A DNA stretch of 64,000 bases, taken from positions 1 through 64,000 of IMG/VR virus record IMGVR_UViG_3300009034_000018; one strand, given 5' to 3'. Each line of letters opens with the position of its first letter. Position 1 is the stretch's first letter. Source of the DNA: a virus. Shown piece after piece: positions 9,544 through 19,800 of the stretch. A model generated the notes under the pieces. It had not been told where the DNA came from and did not search any database. It saw only the letters and a program-made list of their open reading frames with translations. The position numbers and the translations under genes were made by a program.

Positions 9544-9963
9544 TTATTGCATAACATTCTTTAATTGTGTTATTAAAAGAGCAGCATCTGAAAATAGAGA
9601 TGCGTCATGTAAATAACCAGCAGCTTCTAGTGCAAATGACAATCTCATCAATTTGTCTAAATCATTTTGTGATATGTTATTTAAAACAGATTCCATTTCT
9701 GGCGAAATTCGTCTTTGCCCGACAAAAGGTTCGTGTGCTTTCTTTTTAACTTTTTTTTCCATTTCTATAAGGTGATCATAATATTTAGGATCTTCCGACA
9801 AATGATCCATAGCTATCTCTTCAGCAATTTCTTCATCGTTAGTATGTTCTGATTCAATTTTAACTCCTTTTTGCAATTGATTTTGGTCAAAGTCTTTAGG
9901 ATATTTTTTATCTGCCAGTCCACCTATAAGTCTATTATATTTTTTTGATTTGATTACTTTCAT
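9544..9963 (-). CDS. DUF5661-like phage protein
   Basis: LIGGLAD..P.DFD..QL.KG..IESEHT....IAEEIAMDHLSEDPKYY motif. Confidence 0.7.
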   Translation of the reverse strand: MKVIKSKKYNRLIGGLADKKYPKDFDQNQLQKGVKIESEHTNDEEIAEEIAMDHLSEDPKYYDHLIEMEKKVKKKAHEPFVGQRRISPEMESVLNNISQNDLDKLMRLSFALEAAGYLHDASLFSDAALLITQLKNVMQ

Positions 9964-10020
9964 ATTATTATTCCTTATGAATAATAATACTTAGAATTTT
10001 TAAAATATCCTTGAAATCTT

Positions 10021-10527
10021 TTATTTCAAAAGCTCTGCCCCTTTTGATGCAATATAATCCAGACAATGATAGTATTTTATACTAAAAATAAATCCCAATT
10101 TTTCTAATTTTTGTATAATTTCTCTGGCCCTGGTTTGTGTTCCAGTCCATTTATTATGCACTGAGGAAATTTTTAATTCTACAGAGTTTTTTTGCCATGC
10201 TCTTAATATATCTCCATCTATTAAGAGTTTTAACCATTTTCTTTCAGTCTCATCAAGTTCTTCAAATCTTTTAAGTGCTTCCTTTTCCGCATCAGTGATT
10301 GCTTGAACCATAAGCCCTAGATCAATTAATTTTTGACATTCTTCACAAACTTTAATCGGAGTTGATATATAATTTTCAGATCGAGTATCTGATATCGCCC
10401 CACAATGGTCACAATAAAAATGCATAGCAGAACCAGCCGGTAAAACAGAATCATCGATTATTGAATTTTTGGAAAAGATTCTTTTCATAAACCATCTTAT
10501 AAACAAATGAAGCTTCTCGTCAGACAT
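10021..10527 (-). CDS. Hypothetical zinc-finger protein
   Basis: CDHC...CEEC; SD-like AGGAG upstream. Confidence 0.65.
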   Translation of the reverse strand: MSDEKLHLFIRWFMKRIFSKNSIIDDSVLPAGSAMHFYCDHCGAISDTRSENYISTPIKVCEECQKLIDLGLMVQAITDAEKEALKRFEELDETERKWLKLLIDGDILRAWQKNSVELKISSVHNKWTGTQTRAREIIQKLEKLGFIFSIKYYHCLDYIASKGAELLK

Positions 10528-10594
10528 GATTTTATCTCCTTCTTAAATAGTTCATTACATTATAGACAAAGTATAGACAAAGTATAATGTTTTT

Positions 10595-10975
10595 TTATTC
10601 TGCTAAAATTATAGCTGCTATTGTGTCATAAAAACCGAGAGAAGGTTCATGCTCCATAACAACCCATTCGTCTTTTCCTTTTAGATTATATTCATCATCT
10701 CTTAGTTCATTAAACAATTTATTTAATATTAAATCTGCATCTTCTTCGCTTCTAAAATATAGAGTAAAATTATCTCCAGCAACAGAACATTTTCCTTTCT
10801 CCCTTATTGGGAAGAAAACACTACTACATCGTTCTGCAGAATGAAATTTTGAATATCTAAAACTACGAATTTTCCCAAATTTATCTTGGCTTAGAAAAAA
10901 GTTTATAAATTGTTTTACTGAAAGATTTGTTTTTTGATTTATCGTAATTCCGCCACCATAACTTACATAACTCAT
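10595..10975 (-). CDS. Hypothetical protein, paralog of 10972..11373
   Basis: Shared SYGGG, FGKI, GDNFTLYF, HEPSLGFYD. Confidence 0.75.
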   Translation of the reverse strand: MSYVSYGGGITINQKTNLSVKQFINFFLSQDKFGKIRSFRYSKFHSAERCSSVFFPIREKGKCSVAGDNFTLYFRSEEDADLILNKLFNELRDDEYNLKGKDEWVVMEHEPSLGFYDTIAAIILAE

Positions 10976-11373
10976 TTTTGTTTTTCCTTATTTTTTTTCT
11001 TTTCTTCTTGTTTGAATAATATCATAACAGACATTAAATCATAAAAACCAAGAGAGGGTTCATGATCCATAGTTACCCAATTCTCTTTTCCTCCATCTAG
11101 ATTATATGTTTTCTTTAGTTTGTTAAGTAATTTATTTAATATTAAATCAGCGGATTCTTGATTGTCAAAATATAAAGTAAAATTATCTCCTGTGCAAAAA
11201 GAATTTCCTTTTTCTCTATCCGGGAAAAAAATTACACCATATCTTTCTGGATAGATAAATTTTGTATATATGAATTCACTAATTTTTCCGAATTCGCCTT
11301 GATTTTTAAATAAATTGATAAATTCTTTTACAGTAAGATCTTCGCTTATCGTTTTTCCACCACCATAACTCAT
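10972..11373 (-). CDS. Hypothetical protein, paralog of 10595..10975
   Basis: Same shared motifs; AGGAG SD upstream. Confidence 0.75.
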   Translation of the reverse strand: MSYGGGKTISEDLTVKEFINLFKNQGEFGKISEFIYTKFIYPERYGVIFFPDREKGNSFCTGDNFTLYFDNQESADLILNKLLNKLKKTYNLDGGKENWVTMDHEPSLGFYDLMSVMILFKQEEKKKNKEKQK

Positions 11374-11384
11374 TTTATTTCTCC

Positions 11385-11765
11385 TTAATTTCTTCTAGGG
11401 ATTATACCTTTGTAATCTTTACCACAAATTCTGAACTGTATGAAAATCTGATCTTTTGGACGAAAATATTGTTCGGTTGTGGTCTTTATCTTAACAACAC
11501 AGGTATCTTCAATATTTCCAAAATATTTACCGGTAAAAAATCTTCTTGGTTTTTCCTGTTTTTTCGGTAATTGTTGTTTGGTTGGTTTGCTTGTAGGTTG
11601 TGTCGTTGTCTGCTTGAGCTTTGCGATATGATTTCGTAATAGTTTATTGTGTGCACGAAGTTCTTGATTTTCTGCTCGGAGTTCGCGATTTTCTCTTTTA
11701 AGTATCTCTGTTAGTTTTGTTTGCCCCGATATTGCAAGACAAATAGTAAGAATTATTTTCAACAT
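11385..11765 (-). CDS. Hypothetical protein with signal-like N-terminus and coiled coil
   Basis: MLKIILTICLAISG; ENRELRAENQELRA; AAGGAG SD. Confidence 0.65.
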   Translation of the reverse strand: MLKIILTICLAISGQTKLTEILKRENRELRAENQELRAHNKLLRNHIAKLKQTTTQPTSKPTKQQLPKKQEKPRRFFTGKYFGNIEDTCVVKIKTTTEQYFRPKDQIFIQFRICGKDYKGIIPRRN

Positions 11766-11801
11766 TTTGATCTCCTTCTACAATAATAAACCATATTTCT
11801 A

Positions 11802-12017
11802 TTATAGACTTCTTGATGCTGCTTTTGGGATGGATTGTTGTAAATTCTGCAATTCTTGTTTCATTTGTTCAATATATGGAATAATATTTTCTGGTGTTCT
11901 AAAATAAACAGCAATTTTTTCTAAATCTCCCCAATAATCAACAAATTTGTATTGAGATTTTAATTTATAATCGATTTGTTCTAATGTTGGTGGCTGGGTT
12001 TGTGATTGTGTTTGCAA
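11802..12017 (-). CDS. Hypothetical small protein (start uncertain)
   Basis: 71-aa ORF without a clear ATG or SD. Confidence 0.35.
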   Translation of the reverse strand: MQTQSQTQPPTLEQIDYKLKSQYKFVDYWGDLEKIAVYFRTPENIIPYIEQMKQELQNLQQSIPKAASRSL

Positions 12018-12273
12018 TTGTAATCTTTCTCTTATTTCTGGTCTTTGTTGTTTTCTAATTTATTCATTATAACTTAATCGAAATAATTTGTATATACAAA
12101 TATCTTTTATTTATTTTAATCGATAAAACTAAAAAATGCATTCACATTTATATATTATAGACGATATGCGTTTGATGTGAATTAGATATCATTTATATTT
12201 TTGCTCTTATATATACATTCTTATAAATTGTATATACAAATATGAAAAATATATATACTATGCTACTTCTTAT

Positions 12274-12314
12274 AAATAAAAAATGCGAGAAACTTGTCCT
12301 CGCATTTCTTATTT
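12274..12314 (-). terminator. Rho-independent terminator after the major capsid gene
   Basis: Minus strand aaatgcgag-gacaagttt-ctcgcattt followed by a T-rich tail. Confidence 0.85.
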
Positions 12315-12335
12315 AACTTACTATGTTATATCGAC

Positions 12336-13208
12336 TTAGGATGCAGTTGTTATTTCGATCAGGCTGATTGCATAGTCGTTAAGAACGACGATGCCCACTT
12401 CTTCGTAGATTACCCAGCCGAGACGAAGTTTCTTTGGATCATCAGCAGGCAAAACCGTAATATCCTGACGGATTGGGAACGCGCCCACGGTATCAGGCGA
12501 AGCTACTAACAACACAACATCTGTATCCATACGACTTGAAACGTGTAAATCAGCGGTCCACAAGTGACCATACAGACCGGTTGTTATGATTTCTCTTTGA
12601 GTTGCCTCATCATAGAAATCTTTTCCGAAAATACGGATAGCAGCGAATTGTGTTGCATGCATAACTAGTTTTGTGCAAACCAGATCATGCGACTCAATCA
12701 GCCTGAAGCCAGTGTTCAGAGAGTTAACAGTCAATGCACCAACATTAACAACAACTTGTGTGCCAAGCGTTGTTGCAGCAGCAGTAAGTGCGTTGAAAAT
12801 ATTTGTATCTTCTTCCTTCTGAATCGCCTCTTTTGCCTTGATCTGTGCACGGTCAACTATATAGAATCGACGTGCTTTGATTTCAGACAATCTCACCGTT
12901 GGGTGAGCAGCAATTTCGAAGGTAGGAACAAGCACTTCTTCACCCTCTTGAATTTGATCAGGGACAGCACCACGGCGAGAGATAACGTGAGCAATTGCAG
13001 CCACGTCACGTTCATATCTAGCCAATGCGCCCTGTGGCAGTTCATCAACCATCAGAAGTTTACGACCAACAGCCTGGTATTCCAAGGAACGACGAATAGG
13101 TTCAACCATTGCCTGCGCCAAAGCCACACGCCCTTCATCGGTATTTAATGCAGCTTCAATAACAGCTAGTTTTTCTTGGTCTGTTAGACCGTTTTTCTGA
13201 ATAGCCAT
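12336..13208 (-). CDS. Major capsid protein (HK97 fold)
   Basis: ALAQAMVEPIRRSLEYQAVGRKLLMVDELPQGALARYERD, VPTFEIAAHP, GWVIYEEVG; last gene of the head module, strong SD and a terminator. Confidence 0.88.
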   Translation of the reverse strand: MAIQKNGLTDQEKLAVIEAALNTDEGRVALAQAMVEPIRRSLEYQAVGRKLLMVDELPQGALARYERDVAAIAHVISRRGAVPDQIQEGEEVLVPTFEIAAHPTVRLSEIKARRFYIVDRAQIKAKEAIQKEEDTNIFNALTAAATTLGTQVVVNVGALTVNSLNTGFRLIESHDLVCTKLVMHATQFAAIRIFGKDFYDEATQREIITTGLYGHLWTADLHVSSRMDTDVVLLVASPDTVGAFPIRQDITVLPADDPKKLRLGWVIYEEVGIVVLNDYAISLIEITTAS

Positions 13209-13288
13209 AATTTAAATTCTCCTATTTCTATTTTTAGGTATTCTTTTACAAAAACCCTAAAACGATAGATAAATTTCCTAATTAGTTC

Positions 13289-13837
13289 TTAGTGTCCGTC
13301 TCTCATAATAAATTGAAGATATGTGCCAAGACTCATATGGCCTAACACAGCAGTGCCAGGAACACCACTCGGAAACGCTCCTGCTGCTCCCAAAGCTATC
13401 CCGACAACACCTGCTGCAGAGGCAACATTTGTCGTATTGCCATTAGCATCAGCATATATTGGCTGACCTGCAGCGAATGTAACACCAGCGTTTAATTGAT
13501 CAGTAGCGAATCGTCCGCCACCATGATAAACGGTGATCTTACCAGAAGCCAGTGTTTCATTAAAATAATCCGTAACACGGTTCTGTGTAGAGCGCTGTCT
13601 AGCATTGTTGCTAACGCCAACGTTGGCAGCATATGGAGTACCAGCAGTTGTATCCGACATTGTATCACCAGCAATACCTATAACTTCATGTACGCCATTT
13701 GCTCTTTCTGCATACACATTGCCGGAAACTGTTTGCAACGATACCCATTCACCTTCTATAATGGCATCAGCGGCTGTCCAGTCAGGATCTACTTCAAACA
13801 TATCTGCACATACATGCAGTATTTCAATAAGAGCCAT
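13289..13837 (-). CDS. Capsid decoration/cement protein
   Basis: Small Gly/Ala-rich beta protein between scaffold and MCP; SGKITVYHGGGRFATDQ, GQPIYADANG. Confidence 0.65.
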   Translation of the reverse strand: MALIEILHVCADMFEVDPDWTAADAIIEGEWVSLQTVSGNVYAERANGVHEVIGIAGDTMSDTTAGTPYAANVGVSNNARQRSTQNRVTDYFNETLASGKITVYHGGGRFATDQLNAGVTFAAGQPIYADANGNTTNVASAAGVVGIALGAAGAFPSGVPGTAVLGHMSLGTYLQFIMRDGH

Positions 13838-13856
13838 TTTATTTCTCCATTAAAAT

Positions 13857-16800
13857 TTACCTACCAAACTCCCTACGGAGTTGTATATCATTATCCTTTT
13901 GAGCCATTTGATTTTTACGGTCTAAGCTAAACATCGCTGTCAATTTATCGACCAACTCTTGCTGAGGGTCGTTTTGCACAGGCTGATTGCTTGCCTCTGA
14001 TATAATCACGGATTGCTCTACTCCGTCAGGTGAATCTTTGAGTCCTTTATCACTTTCAAATATATTACTTTCAATATCTTTTAATTGTTCAGTTTTATAA
14101 GATTCTAATTCTGCAATTTTATTAGACAACTCATCAACAGTTATCTTGCCAGCTTCAAGCATTCTTCCGGCAAGTCGAGTTGCTTCTTTCTTTTGTTCTT
14201 CTGATCCTGCATGTATTCCGCCAAGAATATTACCCGTCATTTCATCATCTTTTTCTGGTTTTAATTTTTCATTGTCTTTTTCTCCGCTAATTCTATCATC
14301 TTTTGTTGGAATATTAGGGGTATCTTTTTCATCTGGTTTATCACCGATAGATTCTTTTTCATTTCCAACGAATGCTTCGTCAGCAGGAACTTTTTGGTCT
14401 TTAGCTGGTTTTGCGGCAGGAACTTCACCTATAGAAGCTTTTTCATCTCCTATAAAACTATCACCGGAATATGGTTTAATATCTTCTGCATCTTGGTCGA
14501 ATCGTCTTTTTACTTTTGTTTGGGCTTCTAAAATTGCATCTGCTAATATTCCTATTCTTGCTTTTGTAGAAGCTGCTCTTGACGATCCTTGTCCTAATTC
14601 GCCACCAGTTGCAGTATCATCTAATTCTGGTTTGAATTCTGGTTCTTCTTTTTCTCCTCCCATTCTTGCATCTGATGCAGGTGCATTTGCTTTTTCTGCA
14701 GTTGGCGGTTCTTCATGCCCCATTTTGGCTGCATCGCCTTTTGATGGTGCACTTGGTTTGTCTGCACTGAATGGATCTTCATCGCCGATACTATCGCCTT
14801 TACTATATTGGAAAGGAACAACGTCTTGAGCGGGTTGTATTTTAATAGTATCAGCTTCTTTATTAATTAAGCCGGAAAGCTTAGAAAAATCTAGATGCGT
14901 AACTTCACCTGTCTTGCCGACATAACTGGCTTTCATGATTGATGCTTCTTTTTCTGAATATGCCATTGTTTGTGTTTCCTTATCTGTTTCGCTTTCGTCA
15001 CCTTCTTTTTCTACTGGTTCATCTGTTTCTTCTGGATTCATAACTCCAGGATTATCATTTTCTTCACTATTCGCTTCTTTCTTAGATTTTCCTTCTTCTT
15101 CTGCACATTTTCTTTCGCATTCTTCTTTACATTTTTCAACTTCTGTTTTTTCTTTATCTTTTCCATCTTCTTCAACTTCGACATTTACTTCAACTTCTCC
15201 ACCTTCTTCGGCTTTAACTTCGCCGCCCTCTTCGGGCTTAACTTCTCCACCTTCTTCCGCAGACAATGGAGCAGAAACACATTCTTTTGTTTCTTCTTCA
15301 ACATCAACAACTTCATCAACTGGTTCTTCTGGAACAACTTCTTCACCGACTTCTTCTACTTCATCAACTACTGGTTCTTCATCAACTACTGGTTCTTCAT
15401 CAACTACTGGTTCTTCATCAACTGGGACTTCCCCTAATTCTTCTGCTACTTCTTCTTCTTTGCCAAGAGCTTTAACCAAGTTTGCTAAAGCTTCTGCAAC
15501 TTCATCGCCACCGATTCCAACAACTTCGTCTTCTGGTTCCATTGGTTCTTCCACATCTTCTTCCACATCTTCTTCTACAAATTCGTCACCGAATGGATCT
15601 TCTTCTAAATCAGTTACAAGTCCATCGCCCATTTCATCTTCCATAAATGCACTTTCAACTTCTTCTACAAGCTGTTGTGCAAATATGTCGTTGAAAGAAG
15701 CATATTTAGATTTTAAAGATTCACAAACAGTAGTTGCTTCCTTCAAATCTAAGCCCATTCTCACATAGTCTTCAAGACATTCAGTAGATGCTTCTTTATC
15801 TTTCCATACATCTGCAACTTTAACTGCAAGACCATTCGAATAAATACCAGCTTTCTTTAATGATTTGCAAATACATTCAGCAAGTGGACTTCCTTCACAT
15901 GGACCACTTAATGCGATGGCTTCTTCTCCATAGCGACGAGACAATCTTTCCAAACAGCTTTCCATTGGGAAATTATTATCAAGGTTAACAGCAGTTTTAA
16001 TTTGGTCTAATATTCTTTCTTTCTTTTCAGCAGAAGCTGTTTTCATCGGCTTCAGTAAACCAGCTTGTTTCATAGAAAGAATTAACTCTCCTTTTTCTTT
16101 CATGCCCATAGCATCGAAATTTTCTTCATCAACATTCATTTCTTTTAGTGCTGCAACAAATTTCTTATGGGATTCTTTACACTCTGGACACTCCTTATTT
16201 ACTTCTGGAATCCATGTCCACTGTGCATAAACTTTTTTAGGATCTCGTCTCCTAAAGGCATATTCAATTGTATAAACATTGCCTGTATCTAGACACAAGT
16301 AGTTATTATCATCTAGTTTTATTGTATTTGTGGAACCAGTTAAGGGGCTAATTGAGCCAAGCTGGACTTTCGCTTCTTTGATAACATTAAGCATTTCTGG
16401 CTTAATAAGTGTCACTGCAGCAAATTTAACTGGTCCAGATATATTTTCTTGTGCTGCTTCCTTAATTTGACGGTCATTTTTTGTACTAGCTGCAGCAGGC
16501 ATAGGAACCGTGCCAGCAGTACCAGCTTCAGGAACCTCTGGCATTTCAAATCCTTCCCCACCTTCACCTAGTTCTTCTTGACCAGCAGGTTGTCCATCGT
16601 TTATATTGCTTTCGAGCGTACCTGGCCAATTTGGAACTTCAACCAATACCTTATAGTTCCAATCAGCAGTACAGTTATTACAATGTCCATTTCCTTTAAT
16701 AACGTCAACATCTTCGCTACCACAAACTGGGCATGCTCCCCCAGGTGGTTTAGGCTGGAGATCGCCTTCATCTTCGAATTCTCCTGCAAGATCTGATTGT

Positions 16801-19800
16801 TCAAAGCTTTCTACTGGTGGTTGTCCACCTGCTGCTGGAGGTTGAGGCATTGTTGCACCGGCACCAGGCCCTTGTGCTGCTCCTGCTTGTCCTCCCATTT
16901 CTCCGCCAAGAAGTTGTGCTTCTCTTACCATTTTATCTCTATCTGATTTTTTAGAAGCAGATTTTTCGTTTGTTTCATTAGATTTGCCTTCAACATACGG
17001 ACGAGCTTTATTCCAAGCTTCTTTTTCCTCATCAGTCATTAGTTTAGAGTCTTTAAGTGTTGCAACGACTAATTTCTTATCAGTATCCACATCAACATTA
17101 ATTAATGCAGTTTCGATATCTCCGACTTCTTCAGAGATTTTCTTATTTGCAAATTTATATGCTGCTACAGCAATAGCCTGTTTGTCCTCAGATTCTGCAT
17201 TAATTTCATCGATAGATGCCTGTACTTGATACAAACCATCTTCTGGTTTTTCCATAGATTTAAGCGCTTCGTCCAAAGCAGATATTTTATCTAATTCATT
17301 TTTATTCTCTGGTGTAGTTGCCATCTTTTCAGATGCTACTTTTTCTATATTTTTATGCAATTTTTCAGAGGACATGATATAATCTACAGCGCCAATTAGA
17401 TCGTCAGCGCTTAGATCGCTAAGATTATCGCTCATTGCAACGATTAAAGCATCTACTGTATCAGGTGTCTCAACTGGTTTAGATGCCAACTTAGACAAAT
17501 AAGTATATCTGGTTTTTTCGTTTGCTCTGGCTTCTGCCTTGTGAGGCATCGCATTAACTACCATTAAAAATGCAGTCTTATCAAGATTTCTAGTATCTTT
17601 CTTAATGAACGAAGTAGCTTTTTTGATTTCTTGCGGTGTTTTACCATAATAAGCTATGGTGTCAGAAATAGCCTCGGTTGCAGCTTTTATAAGTTTGTCA
17701 GCTTCATATTGATAAGCCCAGCGAGAAAGATCAGTTGTCTGTGCACCTAATTGTTTTTCCGTTATTACTCCGAGAGCAGGGAACTGGTGGTGAGACATGA
17801 AATCAAGAAGTTGCTTTTCTGTTATTCGATTATCCTGATCATTGCTTAATTCAGAACCAATCCATCGACTTACTTCAGACCACTGTTTTTCTGTAATTAC
17901 ATGTGGAAAATCATTCCATCGTACAACATGAGTGCCTTTGATATTATTAAATTGTTTCTCTGTAATAACCTTGCGTGGATCGTCCTGTCTTGGTTGTGGG
18001 CTTTCACTAGTTGTAACATTCACATCTCTTTCTGGATTTTCCATTTGTTTTTCTGTGATAACATTTGGACCGCCATCTTGACGTTCTCCAGTAAATTTAG
18101 CTTCGTCAAGTTGCTTTTCTGTGATTACACCAACACTGTGTTCTTGGTCATTAGCAACTTTTTCATTATCATTTTGATCTTTTCCTGTCTTTTCATTAGT
18201 CATAGCAATTGACTCCTTATTAATTGTTGTATCACTATTTTTTGTATTTATAAGATTTTCCTGTAGTATTTCCAATCTTTTAATCATATTACTGGCAATT
18301 CGCAGAAATTCCTTCTTTTTTATATTGTTTATATCCATATTCCCAGAGAACTTAGGCTTAGTTATGCTTCCAATATCTCCTATTTGTTCAGTCTCAACAC
18401 CTGGAGAAATTTGTTGTGGCTGCTGTCTTCCCATTGGTGGAATTTGTTGTGGTACACCACCTGCTGTCGTTTCTTCTATTTTTTCAAGTTCTTCTGAGGT
18501 TTTTGGCAGTTCTACATCTTCAACTCCTGTTGTATCAGGAGAAGGTAATTGTCCATATCCCATTTCTGTTAATTCATCTGCAACTGATTGGACACTAGCC
18601 AAAACGTCTACAAGATCGCTTACATATGTCATAGAAATTTGTTTCTTTTGACTCATCATGCTTTTAGCGACAGTCTCTATTTTATTCATTACTTCGCTTA
18701 AATATTCTAATTCTTTTGACCCAGCGATCTTCTCAATACTACATGAGCCATCACACGAAGCAGCTTTTATCAAATTGCCTATTTTATCATGTATTTCTGC
18801 CATTTTTCTATTCATGCCAGATGGATTTAATATATCATGAACGATACAGTTCTGACATGCTTGATTAACAACAAAAGAATCTTCTATAAATTTAATTCCA
18901 TAATTCCACTCAAATATTCGAGTTTCACTGTGTTTAATCGTTTTTGATTCATCTGCTTTTTTACCACAAAGCGGGCAATCATCTTTTGGTTTACTTGGAC
19001 TATCATGATATTTGCATTCTATAGTTCCACTAATCTTTTTGTTTTTTCGTTCTTTAATACAAGAGCAATATTCATCGGCAACATGAGCTTTATTGTGACA
19101 ATAAGAACAGATGGAATATTCTACGGAACAATTATGAGTCGCTATTCCATTTAATATATAACTATGATCACTTTCTTTATTATTTATTTTGCCAACTTGT
19201 ACATAATATGTTGGTTCATTATTTTTTATAACTTTTATGTTCTTTATTCTATGTGCCATATATGTTCTATACGGGAATGAAATAAATATGGACTTTCTTA
19301 TTTTTGGGCCATTAAATACTTTATAACTATATTCTTTAATTTTTGGTGATATAGAATTATTTATATATAATTGATATTCAGTATATTCAAAATCTTCTTT
19401 CATAACAGTAGAGCTTTTAGCTATTCTGTCATGTCTGCTTAAAACGGCTGGGACTCCTAATTGCAAACATATTTTTCTTGTGTCGGAAAGTAAATTTTTG
19501 GAAGCAGATGATATTTGGACAGCACCTTTACCAGAACTGTCATTGCTCGGATTTATAATACATCCATCACCATCTACATAAGCAGCCAAAAATATTTTTT
19601 TCTGTTGTTTTGGAAGACTTAATATTTTATTGTTTATTCTTTTACTATGGCTTCCACATCCAACGTATTTCTCACATATTTTAGCAAGATTAGAATTCCA
19701 TGAAATTAAATAAAGACCATTTCTTTCTGGTTTTCTGTCTATTCTTAACCTGTTTTTTGGATATTTTTTTTGTAAAATTGTTTTAAGCTTATTAAAATTA

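Noticed and set aside
12336-13208. Encapsulin interpretation of the short HK97-fold protein
   Set aside because: Portal, terminase, protease and decoration genes in the same module indicate a true phage capsid
14146-15768. Long plus-strand Ser/Phe-rich ORFs
   Set aside because: Antisense of the Glu/Lys-rich scaffold region. The same applies to most short plus-strand ORFs in the track.
15361-18135. Possible CRISPR array suggested by repeats
   Set aside because: The repeats are in-frame coding repeats with synonymous variation, not constant repeats with unique spacers. No cas genes are seen.
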